Program-made: the position numbers and the translations under genes
The notes under the pieces: model-generated
The model's database searches: none
Told to the model about the DNA's origin: nothing
What the model saw: only the letters and a program-made list of their open reading frames with translations
Part shown: in pieces, positions 24,601 through 35,290 of the stretch
Position numbering within the stretch: position 1 is the stretch's first letter
Layout of the letters: each line of letters opens with the position of its first letter
DNA from: Macrostomum lignano
Taxonomy: Eukaryota
Length of the DNA stretch: 64,000 bases
Assembly (NCBI GenBank): GCA_002269645.1
Contig: NIVC01002567.1
Coordinates: 1 to 64,000, forward strand
Direction: 5' to 3'

Positions 24601-27600
24601 ACCAGATCTACTCAAACCCTACCAGATCTATCCAAACCCTATCAGATCTACTCAAACCCTATCAGATCTACTCAAACCCTACCAGATCTACTCAAACCCT
24701 ACCAGATCTACCCAAACCCTGCCGGATTTACTCAAACCCTACCAGGTCAGCCTTGCACTCGGGCTCCAGCCCATCCCCGGAGTCGCTGGGCTCGGCAACA
24801 AACCGGTGCAAGCGCAGCATCGGGTCGTCGCCGTCGCCCTCGCCATTCGCCTGCTGGTCGCCGGGTCGGCGTTTCACCAGAAAATCCTCCTCGTCTTCCT
24901 CTTCGCTGCCCTCCTTGCCGTTAGCCTTGGCTTTGGAGTCATTGGCGCTGCAAAGGTAGAAGTGGAACACAAGCGGGGTCGTGAGAAAGCAGTGGGGGAG
25001 AATATTGCAGGCCTGTAGGTATGGGAGGGAAACTAATGAGAAGGTAAAGGCTTAGGGATGGGGCAGTGGGAGAGGTGGAGGAAGAGAGGTATATATTAGG
25101 GTGAGCCAAAAGTTTCCGGAATTTGAACATCTTAAAACTATAACAAATAGTGTCAAGAACAAACAGTTTACAGCGATGTGATGTAGTTGCCATTCAAGGC
25201 CCTGACCCTCTCCCATCTTGCTGGCAATGCCTCAATCCCCTCCCTCCAGAAGCTCGCAGGCTTTGAATCAATCCATTTCTGCACTGCCTGCTCCACATGT
25301 TGCTTGTTGGCGAACCGCTGTCCATCACAAAAGCTCTGGAGAGACCTGAACACATGGTAGTCGCATGGCGAGAGGTCTGGCGAGTATGGTGGGTGGGGCA
25401 AAACACTGAAGCCCAGGCTTGCCAGCTTGGCCTGAGTGAGTCTTGCTTTGTGAGGCCGCGCATTTTCGAAGAGGAGCACCTTGTCGCGGTGTCCCGGGCA
25501 CACGGATCGCAGCAAACGGGCGACCTGCTCCAGTTCGCTGCAGATCACCTCCGCGTTCACAGCCATGCCATGCGGGATGACCTCCCAGAAAACAGGGCCA
25601 GACGAGCAGAACCAGAAAGAGAGCAGCTCCTTGCCGCAGTGGGGGTTCCGCATTGGGCAGCTGGGTGGTTCTTCAGAAGCATCGACCCAGACGGCTGATG
25701 TGCTTGGGTTCTCATAGCAGACCCACTTCTCGTCTTGAGCGATTATCGACTTGAGAAAGTTTGGCGAACCGGCCTGGCGAAGATTCGAAGTTGCCACATC
25801 CACCCTGGCTCTCAGCTGCTGAGGTGTCAGCTCATGGGGCACTAGAGTTGGCTTCTTCGGCACCTTGTCCGCAGCATGCAGGCTCCGCCGGACCGTGCCA
25901 TAGGACACCCCAGTAGCGGCTGACAGCTTGCGCACGCTGTAATCCGGATTGTCCTCAAGGGCTTGGAGAACGGCATCGCCATCAGCAGCAGGGGGTCGGC
26001 CTGACCTCGGCTTGTCCTTCAGCTCATAGTTCTCCTCAGCAAAGCGAGAGAACCAGTCGTACACCGACGACTTGGAGGGTGCATGTGGGCCCATCAGCTG
26101 CAACAACTCGCGATGTGCCTCTGCTGCGTTGCGTCCCGCATGAAAGTGGTTGAGCAGAATTGCTCGCCATTCAGTTCTTGGCAGTTCCATTGGATGCGTT
26201 TGCTGGCTTAAGTAGGCAGGGTCTGGGAAACTGAGCAATGTTAAGCTAAAGAGTGATGATAAGGCTGGCCAACAGCATAGTAGATGGTTGCTGTTTTTAA
26301 GCTTTTCCATAGACAAAAATTAACTAAAAGTTCGATTCTAAAAAATTCCGGAAACTTTTGGCTCACCCTAATAGAAGGGGCGGAGGGAGAGTGCGGAGGG
26401 ATAGGGCGGAGGGATAGGGCGGAGGGAGAGGGCGGAGGGGAGAGAGTGGAGAGAAGGCGAGCAGTACACAGCAGCACTCACTGAGCCCTAGCCAGCGAGT
26501 CCCGTATCCGTTCAGCCTCTCGGAGATTCTCCCGCACCTCGGCATCGGGCGCAGCGGCAGTTGCGGAGTCCTCGCCGGCCTTGCTGTCACAGTTGGAAAT
26601 GCAAAGCAATGAATTAAAAAAGTCTTGAAGACACAAACGCAAACACTTGTTATTGGTGTGTTCTCTAATGTACTTTTAATAGCTTTCAATGCACTTTTAG
26701 AACACTTACTAGGCTCCTTCGAGCAGGAATTTCCTATGAAACTCATTATAGTACATCGGCTTGTGTTTTTCTTCCTTCTCCGCCTCATCGCTTCCAGCAT
26801 CCTCAGCTTCATCGCTGGCCTCCTCGTCCTCCTGGAACCAGTTGACTTTGGGATCGTACAGCCGGGAGTCCCCAGACTGAAGGGCCGCGTAGACCCGGAG
26901 AAAGCCGGCCTCTGTGCCAGGGGTCCAGCCCTGGGGCTCCGAGTCTGAGCTGGACTCAGAGGACTCGGATGACTCTGAGGCGTCCGCAGCCTCTGTGGCT
27001 GACTTTGCCTGGCTCAGCTTTACATCTCCGTATTTGTCCTTGACTGCTGGGGGGATTAAGGATGATTGTGTGTCACTGCCCCCCTGTGTCACTGCCCCCT
27101 GTGCGTCACTGCCCACTGTGTGCCGCTGCCCCCCTGTGTCACTGCCCCCTGTGCGTCACTGCCCACTGTGTGCCACTGCCTGATTGTGTGTCTAACCCCT
27201 GTGTGCCACTGCCTGATTGTGTGTCTAACCCCTGTGTGCCACTGCCTGATTGTGTGTCTAACCCCTGTGTGCCACTGCCTGATTGTGTGTCTAACCCCTG
27301 TGTGCCACTGCCTGATTGTGTGTCTAACCCATGTGTGCCACTGCCTGATTGTGTGTCTAACCCCTGTGTGCCACTGCCTGATTGTGTGTCTAACCCCTGT
27401 GTGCCACTGCCCTCCCCTGTGTGCCGCTGCCCCCTGTGCGTCACTCCCCCCCCGAGTGTCACTGCCCACTGTGCGTCACTGCCCCCTGTGTGTCACTGCC
27501 CCCTGTGCGTCACTGCCCACTGTGCGTCACTGCCCACTGTGCGTCACTGCCCACTGTGTGCCACTGCCTGATTGTGTGTCTAACCCCTGTGTGCCACTGC

Positions 27601-28652
27601 CTGATTGTGTGTCTAACCACTGTGTGCCACTGCCTGATTGTGTGTCTAACACCTGTGTGCCACTGCCCTCCCCTGTGTGCCGCTGCCCCCTGTGCGTCAC
27701 TGCCCCGTGTGTCACTGCCCCCTGTGCGTCACTCCCCCCCCCGAGTGTCACTGCCCCGTGTGTCACTGCCCCCTGTGCGTCACTGCCCACTGTGTGTCAC
27801 TGCCCACTGTGTGTCACTGCCTGATTGTGTCACTGCCCCTGTGTGCCACTGCCCTCCTGTGTGTCACTGCCCCTGTGTCACTGCCCCCTGTGTGTCACTG
27901 CCCCTGTGTCACTGCCCCTGTGTGCCACTGCCTGATTGTGCGTCACTGCCCCCATGTGTGCCACTGCCTGATTGTGCGTCACTGCCCCCCTGTGTGTCAC
28001 TGCCTGATTGTGCGTCACTGCCCCCCTGTGTCACTGCCCCTGTGTGCCACTGCCTGATTGTGCGTCACTGCCCCCATGTGTGCCACTGCCTGATTGTGCG
28101 TCACTGCCCCCCCCTGAGTGTCACTGCCCCCTGTGTGTCACTGCCTGATTGTGCGTCACTGCCCCCTGTGTCACTGCCCCTGTGTGCCACTGCCTGATTG
28201 TGCGTCACTGCCCCCATGTGTGCCACTGCCTGATTGTGCGTCACTGCCCCCCCCCTGAGTGTCACTGCCCCCCTGTGTGTCACTGCCTGATTGTGCGTCA
28301 CTGCCCCCCTGTGTCACTGCCCCTGTGTGCCACTGCCTGATTGTGCGTCACTGCCCCCATGTGTGCCACTGCCTGATTGTGCGTCACTGCCCACTGTGTG
28401 CCGCTGCCCCCTGTGTGCCACTGCCCCCAATTTCTTATTCTCACCGTCTCTCTCTGATCCCCTTAATGTTTATCCGTTGATAATTTTTTTTACTTTCTGC
28501 TTTACCGCAATTCTAATCCCCTCTTCTCACCAAAAACCCAGCTCCTACTCACACTTCTGCAGCTCCTCTTTGCGACGATACTCGTCGTATTTTTTAGCAA
28601 ACTTTTTGTTTATTTTCAGCATGTCTGTGCGGCCGGCAGTGGGTGCATGCAT
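21611..28652 (-). CDS. KRI1: KRI1 homolog (40S ribosome biogenesis factor), about 805 aa, 6 exons
   Basis: Exons 28652-28553, 27043-26710, 26583-26482, 24947-24743, 24061-23009, 22234-21611; GT-AG, phases compatible, total 2418 nt. Motifs LKINKKFAKKYDEYRRKEELQK.KDKYG, FLRVYAAL...[65 protein letters not shown]. The start could be ATG 28652 or 28622. Confidence 0.93.
22270..22985. repeat. Minisatellite, KRI1 intron 5
   Basis: GTGTGAACAGTCTGTGAAT(A/G)-type units with internal duplications. Confidence 0.92.
24103..24742. repeat. Two abutting 20-mer minisatellites filling KRI1 intron 4
   Basis: CCGGATGTTCCCAAAACCTA (24103-24262) and AGATCTACTCAAACCCTACC (24262-24742). Confidence 0.93.
25096..26371 (-). 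mobile_element. Full-length Tc1/mariner DNA transposon (Hsmar1-like) in KRI1 intron 3
   Basis: Perfect 29-bp TIRs TTAGGGTGAGCCAAAAGTTTCCGGAATTT (25096-25124 and 26343-26371), flanking TA duplication (25094-25095, 26372-26373), length 1276 bp. Confidence 0.97.
25168..26190 (-). CDS. Mariner transposase, 340 aa, uninterrupted
   Basis: MELPRTEWRAILL..., PRSGRP linker, LVPHEL (WVPHEL motif), DEKW, FENARPH, YSPDLSPCDY. 34 residues separate the second and third catalytic positions. Confidence 0.93.
   Translation of the reverse strand: MELPRTEWRAILLNHFHAGRNAAEAHRELLQLMGPHAPSKSSVYDWFSRFAEENYELKDKPRSGRPPAADGDAVLQALEDNPDYSVRKLSAATGVSYGTVRRSLHAADKVPKKPTLVPHELTPQQLRARVDVATSNLRQAGSPNFLKSIIAQDEKWVCYENPSTSAVWVDASEEPPSCPMRNPHCGKELLSFWFCSSGPVFWEVIPHGMAVNAEVICSELEQVARLLRSVCPGHRDKVLLFENARPHKARLTQAKLASLGFSVLPHPPYSPDLSPCDYHVFRSLQSFCDGQRFANKQHVEQAVQKWIDSKPASFWREGIEALPARWERVRALNGNYITSL
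27065..28430. repeat. Complex minisatellite, KRI1 intron 1
   Basis: GTGTGCCACTGCCTGATTGT / GTCACTGCCCCCTGT unit family. Confidence 0.93.
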
Positions 28653-28759
28653 CGGATAGCGACCAGACAGTCTTGCGGATCATTAATTAAGAATATTAGC
28701 TTAATGTGTGCGATAATATTAGTGTGTGCGATTAGGGGAATGGGACTGGGGAGAGGGAC

Positions 28760-29260
28760 AGGGGAGAGGGCAGGGAAGAGGACGGGAAAGAAAGGGAAGA
28801 GGGGGAAGAGGGGCAGGGAAGAGAGAGAATGAAGAGGGGGAAGAGGGGCAGGGAAGAGAGAGAATGAAGAGGGGGAAGAGGGGCAGGGAAGAGAGAGAAT
28901 GAAGAGGGGGAAGAGGGGCAGGGAAGAGAGAGAATGAAGAGGGGGAAGGGGGGCAGGGAAGAGAGAGAATGAAGAGGGGGAAGGGGGCAGGGAAGAGAGA
29001 GAATGAAGAGGGGGAAGGGGGGCAGGGAAGAGAGAGAATGAAGAGGGGGAAGGGGGCAGGGAAGAGAGAGAATGAAGAGGGGGAAGAGGGGCAGGGAAGA
29101 GAGAGAATGAAGAGGGGGAAGAGGGGCAGGGAAGAGAGAGAATGAAGAGGGGGGAGAGGGGCAGGGAAGAGAGAGAATGAAGAGGGGGGAAGAGGGGCAG
29201 GGAAGAGAGAGAATGAAGAGGAAGGAGAGGAGCAGGGAAGAGGGGACAAGGAAGAGGGAC
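28760..29260. repeat. Purine-rich 35-mer minisatellite upstream of KRI1
   Basis: GAAGAGAGAGAATGAAGAGGGGGAAGAGGGGCAGG. Confidence 0.92.
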
Positions 29261-29621
29261 AAGGAAGAGGGGGATCGGGACAGGGAAGCGGGGAGAGGTA
29301 ACAGGGAACAGGGAAGGGGTAGGGAAAGGTAAAAAAAAAGTGACCCATTTTATTCCTATTAAAAAATCTCAAAAAGCATTATTGCCAAAAGTCTGACCCC
29401 ACAGCAGGCTACAACAACAATTCATTTACTGTTAGCGTATATATTTACCACATTTAAGCCCCGGACTCAAGACAGTTACAAAAGCACAACATGTACTCAA
29501 AACCTGTTTTAATTTGAGTTTATTTTTAAATTACTGATGGAACAGACAGACACGGAGGGGGGGTTGCTCAGAACATTGCACAGATTCTCCACTCAACTGC
29601 AGTCGGGTCGGTTAACACAAA

Positions 29622-29950
29622 CAATCTCATCCCTATGGGAGTTAAATCTCAAAGAATCTCATCCCTATGGGATTTAAATCCTAAAGAATCTTACTCATCC
29701 CTATGGGATTTAAATCCCAAACAATCTCATCCCTATGGGATTTAAACTCCAAAGAATCTCACTCATCCCTATGGGATTTAAATCCCAAACAATCTCATCC
29801 CTATGGGATTTGAATCCCAAACAATCTCATCCCTATGGGATTTGAATCCCAAACAATCTCATCCCTATGGGATTTAAATCCTAAAGAATCTCATCCCTAT
29901 AAGATTTAAATCCAAAAGAATCTCATCCCTATGGGATTTAATCTCATCCA
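29622..29950. repeat. About 30-32-mer minisatellite with internal palindromes
   Basis: AATCTCATCCCTATGGGATTTAAATCCCAAAC, about 10 copies. Confidence 0.9.
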
Positions 29951-30343
29951 ATGGGATTGCGGAGGACACTCTTTTTAACCACAATTAGTTATACAAAAAA
30001 TTGGGTAACTCAGTAACTCGTTGACTAGGTTCAACGACCTGGACAATAAGAGAAAATAGGAGCTAAAAGTACAATGCTAAGCACACACATATAGGGGACC
30101 TGAATCGCAAAGAGGGGAACCCTTTAGCCGCTGTGACACCAGCTCAGATGAGAAATAACTAAGGCAAGCAAAATTTAGCAAAATATTCGGGAACAAAAAT
30201 CCGACTCAGACAGATATTAGAATGATGAATGCATTGGGACAGAAGCGCACTAAAGTTTGCGCGCTTTGCTTAACAGAATAATAACTGACGAATCCTATAC
30301 TAGTAGTAGGGCGCGAGCGGTCACAACAAGTCTGCCCCGAATT

Positions 30344-31100
30344 TCACTCCGTCTTGGCGGCCTCGTCGAAGTTGCCGACCAGCTCCGGCACGTCGTCGTC
30401 GTCGGCAGCGGCGGCAGCGCCCGAGGCCGCCGTCCCGGCGCTGTCGACAGCGCCTCCAGCGGCGCCTTCCTCTGGCTGAGACAGGCCTACGGGGTGACGA
30501 GGGCGGATAGATGAGTGAAGGGATGAGTGAAGGGATGAGTGAAGGGATGAGTGAAGGGATGAGTGAAGGGATGGTTAAAGGGATAGGTAAAGGGATGGGT
30601 GAATGGGTGAAGGGATGGGTGAAGGGATGGGTGAATGGGTGAAGAATGGGTGAAGGGATGGGTGAAGGATAAGTGAACGCCAGAGCCCAGCAAAAAGCGC
30701 AGCTACTGCAGCACTCACCAAAGCCCCCGGCACCAGTAGCCAGCCTCTTGAGGTTGGCGAAGTTGTCCGGCCCCATCTGGTTCCAGACTGTGGGCAGCAG
30801 CTCGGTGAGCCGCTTGGTCTCAGACTGGCCAGTGATGGCGAAGGTGTTGGCCTGCAGAGAGGCCTGCACCTTGGGATTGTTGAAGTGAATGACCTCGTTG
30901 TCATCCTTGAACATGTTCACCTCCTCGATGCCGGGTATGGAATTGACGCCCAGCTTCTTCAGCGTGGCGGTGACCTTCCGCTCGTCAGTGCCAGTGTTCT
31001 TGTGCAGAACCTTCTTCTTGCGGCGGGCGGAGCCCTTGCCGCCGATGCGGACAGAGTCCACCTGCGCCTTCAGCTTCTCTATCTTGGCCTGCCGGTCCAT
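30344..31100 (-). CDS. BTF3: Nascent polypeptide-associated complex subunit beta (BTF3), 174 aa, 2 coding exons
   Basis: Exons 31100-30719 and 30486-30344. [50 protein letters not shown] and C-terminal [15 protein letters not shown]. Confidence 0.97.
30510..30670. repeat. 12-mer minisatellite in the BTF3 intron
   Basis: GAAGGGATGAGT / GAAGGGATGGGT. Confidence 0.88.
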
Positions 31101-31404
31101 GCTAGTCACTGCTGTGTGTTCTCTTGGCACTGAAATATGGGTATAGATCGATTATTCTAAGCTCTACTAACCTTACAGTGATACCTTGTATCATGGAGAT
31201 TTTCAATTCAGACTACTGAGAAAAGTAGACGAATAAGATTTTAACGTCGACTCTATGTGGGCACAGACGCTTCTTTTATGGCGACATTTCTCGGGCTATG
31301 TGAGAGATTTTACAATTCAAATCTTTATTCGCCTACTTTTTCTCAGTAGTATAAATTGAATCTTTCGCATATCAAAAACACAGAGATTTATTTAACTTAT
31401 CAAT

Positions 31405-32000
31405 CATCCCTTCAATGATCCCTCACCCACCCAAACCTTCAATGATCCCTTCACCCAACCAACCCTTCAATGATCCCTTCACCGACCCAACCCTTCAATG
31501 ATCCCTTCACCCAACCAACCCTTCAATGATCCCTTCACCCAACCAACCCTTCAATGATCCCTTCACCGACCCAACCCTTCAATGATCCCTTCACCCACCC
31601 AACCCTTCAATGATCCCTTCACCCACCCAACCCTTCAATGATCCCTTCACCCACCCAACCCTTCAATGATCCTTCACCCAACCAACCCTTCAATGATCCC
31701 TTCACCCACCAACCCTTTAATGATCCTTCCCCCAACCAACCCTTCAATGATCCCTTCAACCAACCAACCCTTCAATGATCCATTTACCCAACCAACCCTT
31801 CAATGACCCCTTCACCCAACCAACCCTTCAATGATCCCTTCACCCAACCAACCCTTCAATGATCCATTTACCCAACCAACCCTTCAATGATCCCTTCACC
31901 CAACCAACCCTTCATTCATCCCTTCACCCAACCCTTCAATGATCCTTCACCCACCCAACCCTTCAATGATCCCTTCACCCAACCAACCCTTCAATGATCT
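31405..32000. repeat. 28-mer minisatellite upstream of BTF3
   Basis: ATCCCTTCACCCAACCAACCCTTCAATG. Confidence 0.92.
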
Positions 32001-33139
32001 CTTCGTTCCTTTAACCTTCGCTGCAAGAATGTCTCCAATTATAAGTTCACCCAAGCCTTCAATGCTTTACCTATCAACGTTAACATGCCGTACTCCACAC
32101 AAAAGTGAAACGCACACAAAAAATTTAGAGCACAAAATCTTAGTAGAGAAAAAAGCTCTCCAAAAAAACTATGCCATTGGTATATTTGTAAAGAAGATAA
32201 ACACTATACACTTGTCAACGGTCACTCGGGTTCGCAGGTTGCAGCATCATCCATCATCTTGGAAGCTGATCTCAGTCTAAAAATTTCCACAAAAAGCAAA
32301 GTATAATTAGATTGGAATCTAGTGTCACACCGCATGAATTTGCTACCTAAATAGACAGAGCAAATGAAACACAGCAGTAGCACTCAGCTCTCATAACCTG
32401 TATCACGGATCAAAGACTACACGAGCGAAGCCGAGCTCAAGTCAAAGCTGGTTTATAAAATTAATTATAACAAACAATAAAATTAAAATAAAGATTCAGT
32501 TTTACATAAATTAGGTAAAGCTAAAACAGAAGTTCGAGATCATCAACCCGAGTCAGCTCGACGCGGTGATCTTTGCTTCAAATTGTGTTTTGTCATCATT
32601 GTGCTACTATGAGAATATATCTAGGTAAAAAATCCTACTACTTACCATCAGTAGTGCAGTCCTCGAATTGCCTAAAATAGATCAATTATTTTGTTGTCAT
32701 TAAACTTTGAATCCTGAGGTAAACGTTGCTTACATCAACAAAGGTGCTTTGAATTATAATCAGATCTCATAACCCGTATCATGTGTGAACGGGACTGCAC
32801 TGCAGCACTGATTAATGGCGTAACGAATTGTAGAATAATAACTAGCAAACAATGTAAAAGATAACGAATAATCAGGCACTCATTAGATAATAAAACAAAA
32901 AAGTAAAGACAAAAGAATCAAGTGTAAAATCTGCACTGCAATGATGCCCGGAAATTTCAAATGTGAGTTTGTCATCATGGGATTTATTAATAAATGGGAT
33001 AAACTCTTTATAAACAGCAGCCATGATGTACTCACCGAGTTTAACAAAATATTAATGGCTCATGATTCTGTAAATTTTGGCGCGTTTCTGAAATTAATTT
33101 CAAAGAGAAGACAGTTTTATTTCACAATTGCTATGCTAA

Positions 33140-33650
33140 TTTCACATGTGGGTAGCTAATTTCACATTTGGGATGCTAATTTCACATATGGGATGCTAAT
33201 TTCACATATGGGATGCTAATTTCACATTTGGGATGCTAATTTTACACATGGGATGCTAATTTCCCATATGGGATGCTAATTTCACATATGGGATGCTAAT
33301 TTCCCATATGGGATGCTAATTTTACACATGGGATGCTTCTTTAACATATGGGATACCAAATTCACATATGAGTAGCTAATTTCACATGTGGGTAGCTAAT
33401 TTCACATGTGGGTAGCTAATTCCACATATGGGATGCTAATTTCACATATGGGATGCTAATTCCACATATGGGATGCTAATTTCACATGTGGGATGCTAAT
33501 TCCACATATTGGGATGCTAATTTCACATATGGGATGCTAATTCCACATATGGGATGCTAATTCCAAATATTGGGATGCTAATTCCACATATGGGATGCTA
33601 ATTCCACATATTGGGATGCTAATTTCACATATCGGTAGCTAATTTCACAA
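33140..33650. repeat. 20-mer minisatellite
   Basis: GGGATGCTAATTTCACATAT. Confidence 0.93.
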
Positions 33651-33978
33651 ATTAATATCTATATACTTTCAATAAAAATAAATAACTTCAAAGCCAGTCG
33701 ATTAGAGCTAAGCAAAAGTGGATGTGAACTCTGGTGTTTCAATCGCATTTATTTTTATCTAGGCCTGGACTGGACACTCAGTACACAAGAATTTCGGTTG
33801 ATGACAAAGTATAATTTACTACACTAATTTGTCTGCCGTTAAAAACACGCATCGCTTAGATTGTAGTTTGAAGAAAAAACGCTTTCTACTAATGCTACTT
33901 CGGTTAGTAGTAAGAACTAAATTAGTTTATTAAAGTTTGTTTACAGCGTCAAATCTGCTATTGGTTTAGTCAAGCTCG

Positions 33979-34200
33979 CTAGTTCAGCCGCTCCTCCTCG
34001 GCTTTGTCCATCTCGGCGAACTTCCTGCCGTAGATTGGGATGAAGCGGTTGGTGACCCGCCAGTCGGTCACGAACAACAGCAGGACGATGGCCGAGGCCG
34101 CATAGGTGCCGGCGGTGAAGGACCAGTTGGACACGGCCTCGAGCCGGCGAGGCGTCAAGTATTTGGGCGCCTTCACGAATCGGCGACCAAGGAACTTCAT
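33979..34200 (-). CDS. UQCR11: Cytochrome b-c1 complex subunit 10 (complex III 6.4 kDa subunit), 73 aa, single coding exon
   Basis: NWSFTAGTYAASAIVLLLFVTDWRVTNRFIPIYGRKF matches the family pattern NW..TA..(W/Y)G/A...one TM helix...TDWR...P....KF. Confidence 0.85.
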   Translation of the reverse strand: MKFLGRRFVKAPKYLTPRRLEAVSNWSFTAGTYAASAIVLLLFVTDWRVTNRFIPIYGRKFAEMDKAEEERLN

Positions 34201-34289
34201 TGCGAATCTGTGCTTCCTGTGTGTTGCCTGTGGTGCTCAGGGAATCTCCTCAAGGCAGCTTTTGGGTGCTCCGATTAGCGCTGAAAATG

Positions 34290-35290
34290 GGTTTTGTGTG
34301 GGTTCGGTTTGACAGTCAGGCTGCCTTGCAGGCCCTGTGCCACACCACCACTACAAATTGGAGGAACACGACACGCCGGTTTCAAAGGTAACGAGCTCGC
34401 TGACTCCCTCGCTAAGACGGGTAGCTCCAGCTTGCTCCTTGGTCCCGTGCCTCTGGCCCCCATCCGCGCCGCGGTCATTGATCATCAGATTAACGACTGG
34501 GCGGATATCCTGCACCTACACACCTGTGAAACCTCTACTCCCCAATGTACACCTGCTCCCGTCAGAACCTCTACCCCCAATGTACACCCACTCCTATCAG
34601 AACCTCTACCCCCAATGTACACCCACTCCCATCAGAACCTCTACCCCCAATGTACACCCACTCCCATCAGAACCTCTACCCCCAATGTACCACTCCCATC
34701 AGAACCTCTACCCCCAATGTACACGCACTCTCATCAGAACCTCTACCCCCCAATGTACACCCACTCCCATCAGAACCTCTACCCCAATGTACACCCACTC
34801 CCATCAGAACCTCTACCCCCAATGTACACCCGCTCCTGTCAGAACCTCTACTCCCCAATATACACAGATGGGATGGCATTCCAAACTGCCGCCAATCCCA
34901 AGTGGCAGTGCCCAATCCATTTCTCAAGCTGCGGAGAATCCCTTTGAACCAAAATCAAAAAACATCCACGTTCTTACTGTGACCTTCATAGGTCATGGTT
35001 GCCTTGCCAGGCATTACCAGGCCAGAGTGAATTCTGCCCCTTCTATAACTTCAAGAATGAAAATGCCAAGCATTTTGTCTACCACTGCCCAGCCTTCAAC
35101 CGAGACTAGCTCAACTATCTTAGGCCTAACCCATCTTTGTACAATGCTTGCTAGCCCAAGAATATCCCACAGCTCATCCAGTTCCTCTGGGCTACCAAAT
35201 GAGACTGTTACCACTGAAGACCACATTGCAGATAGGTCTTCCCTGACTAGCCCTGTGCTTAGCCTATGTGGGCTTCTCAGAGATTAGTAG
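34290..35290 (+). mobile_element. Degenerate 3' fragment of an RNase H-containing non-LTR retrotransposon
   Basis: Remnant motifs FDSQAALQAL, HAGFKGNELADSLAKTGS...GP, then IGHGCLARHY and H..YHCPAF (C-terminal Zn-knuckle remnant). Contains stops and frameshifts and is split by a 35-mer minisatellite. Confidence 0.72.
34535..34860. repeat. 35-mer minisatellite inside the LINE remnant
   Basis: CTCCCATCAGAACCTCTACCCCCAATGTACACCCA. Confidence 0.9.

Noticed and set aside
24262-24742. Interstitial telomeric repeat (AAACCCT within the unit); also the TTAGGG at the mariner TIR start
   Set aside because: Only one heptamer per 20-mer unit, and the mariner TIR start is a family trait; neither is a telomeric array.
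29622-29950. CRISPR-like palindromic repeats of about 30 bp
   Set aside because: No unique spacers, no cas genes, and a eukaryotic context.
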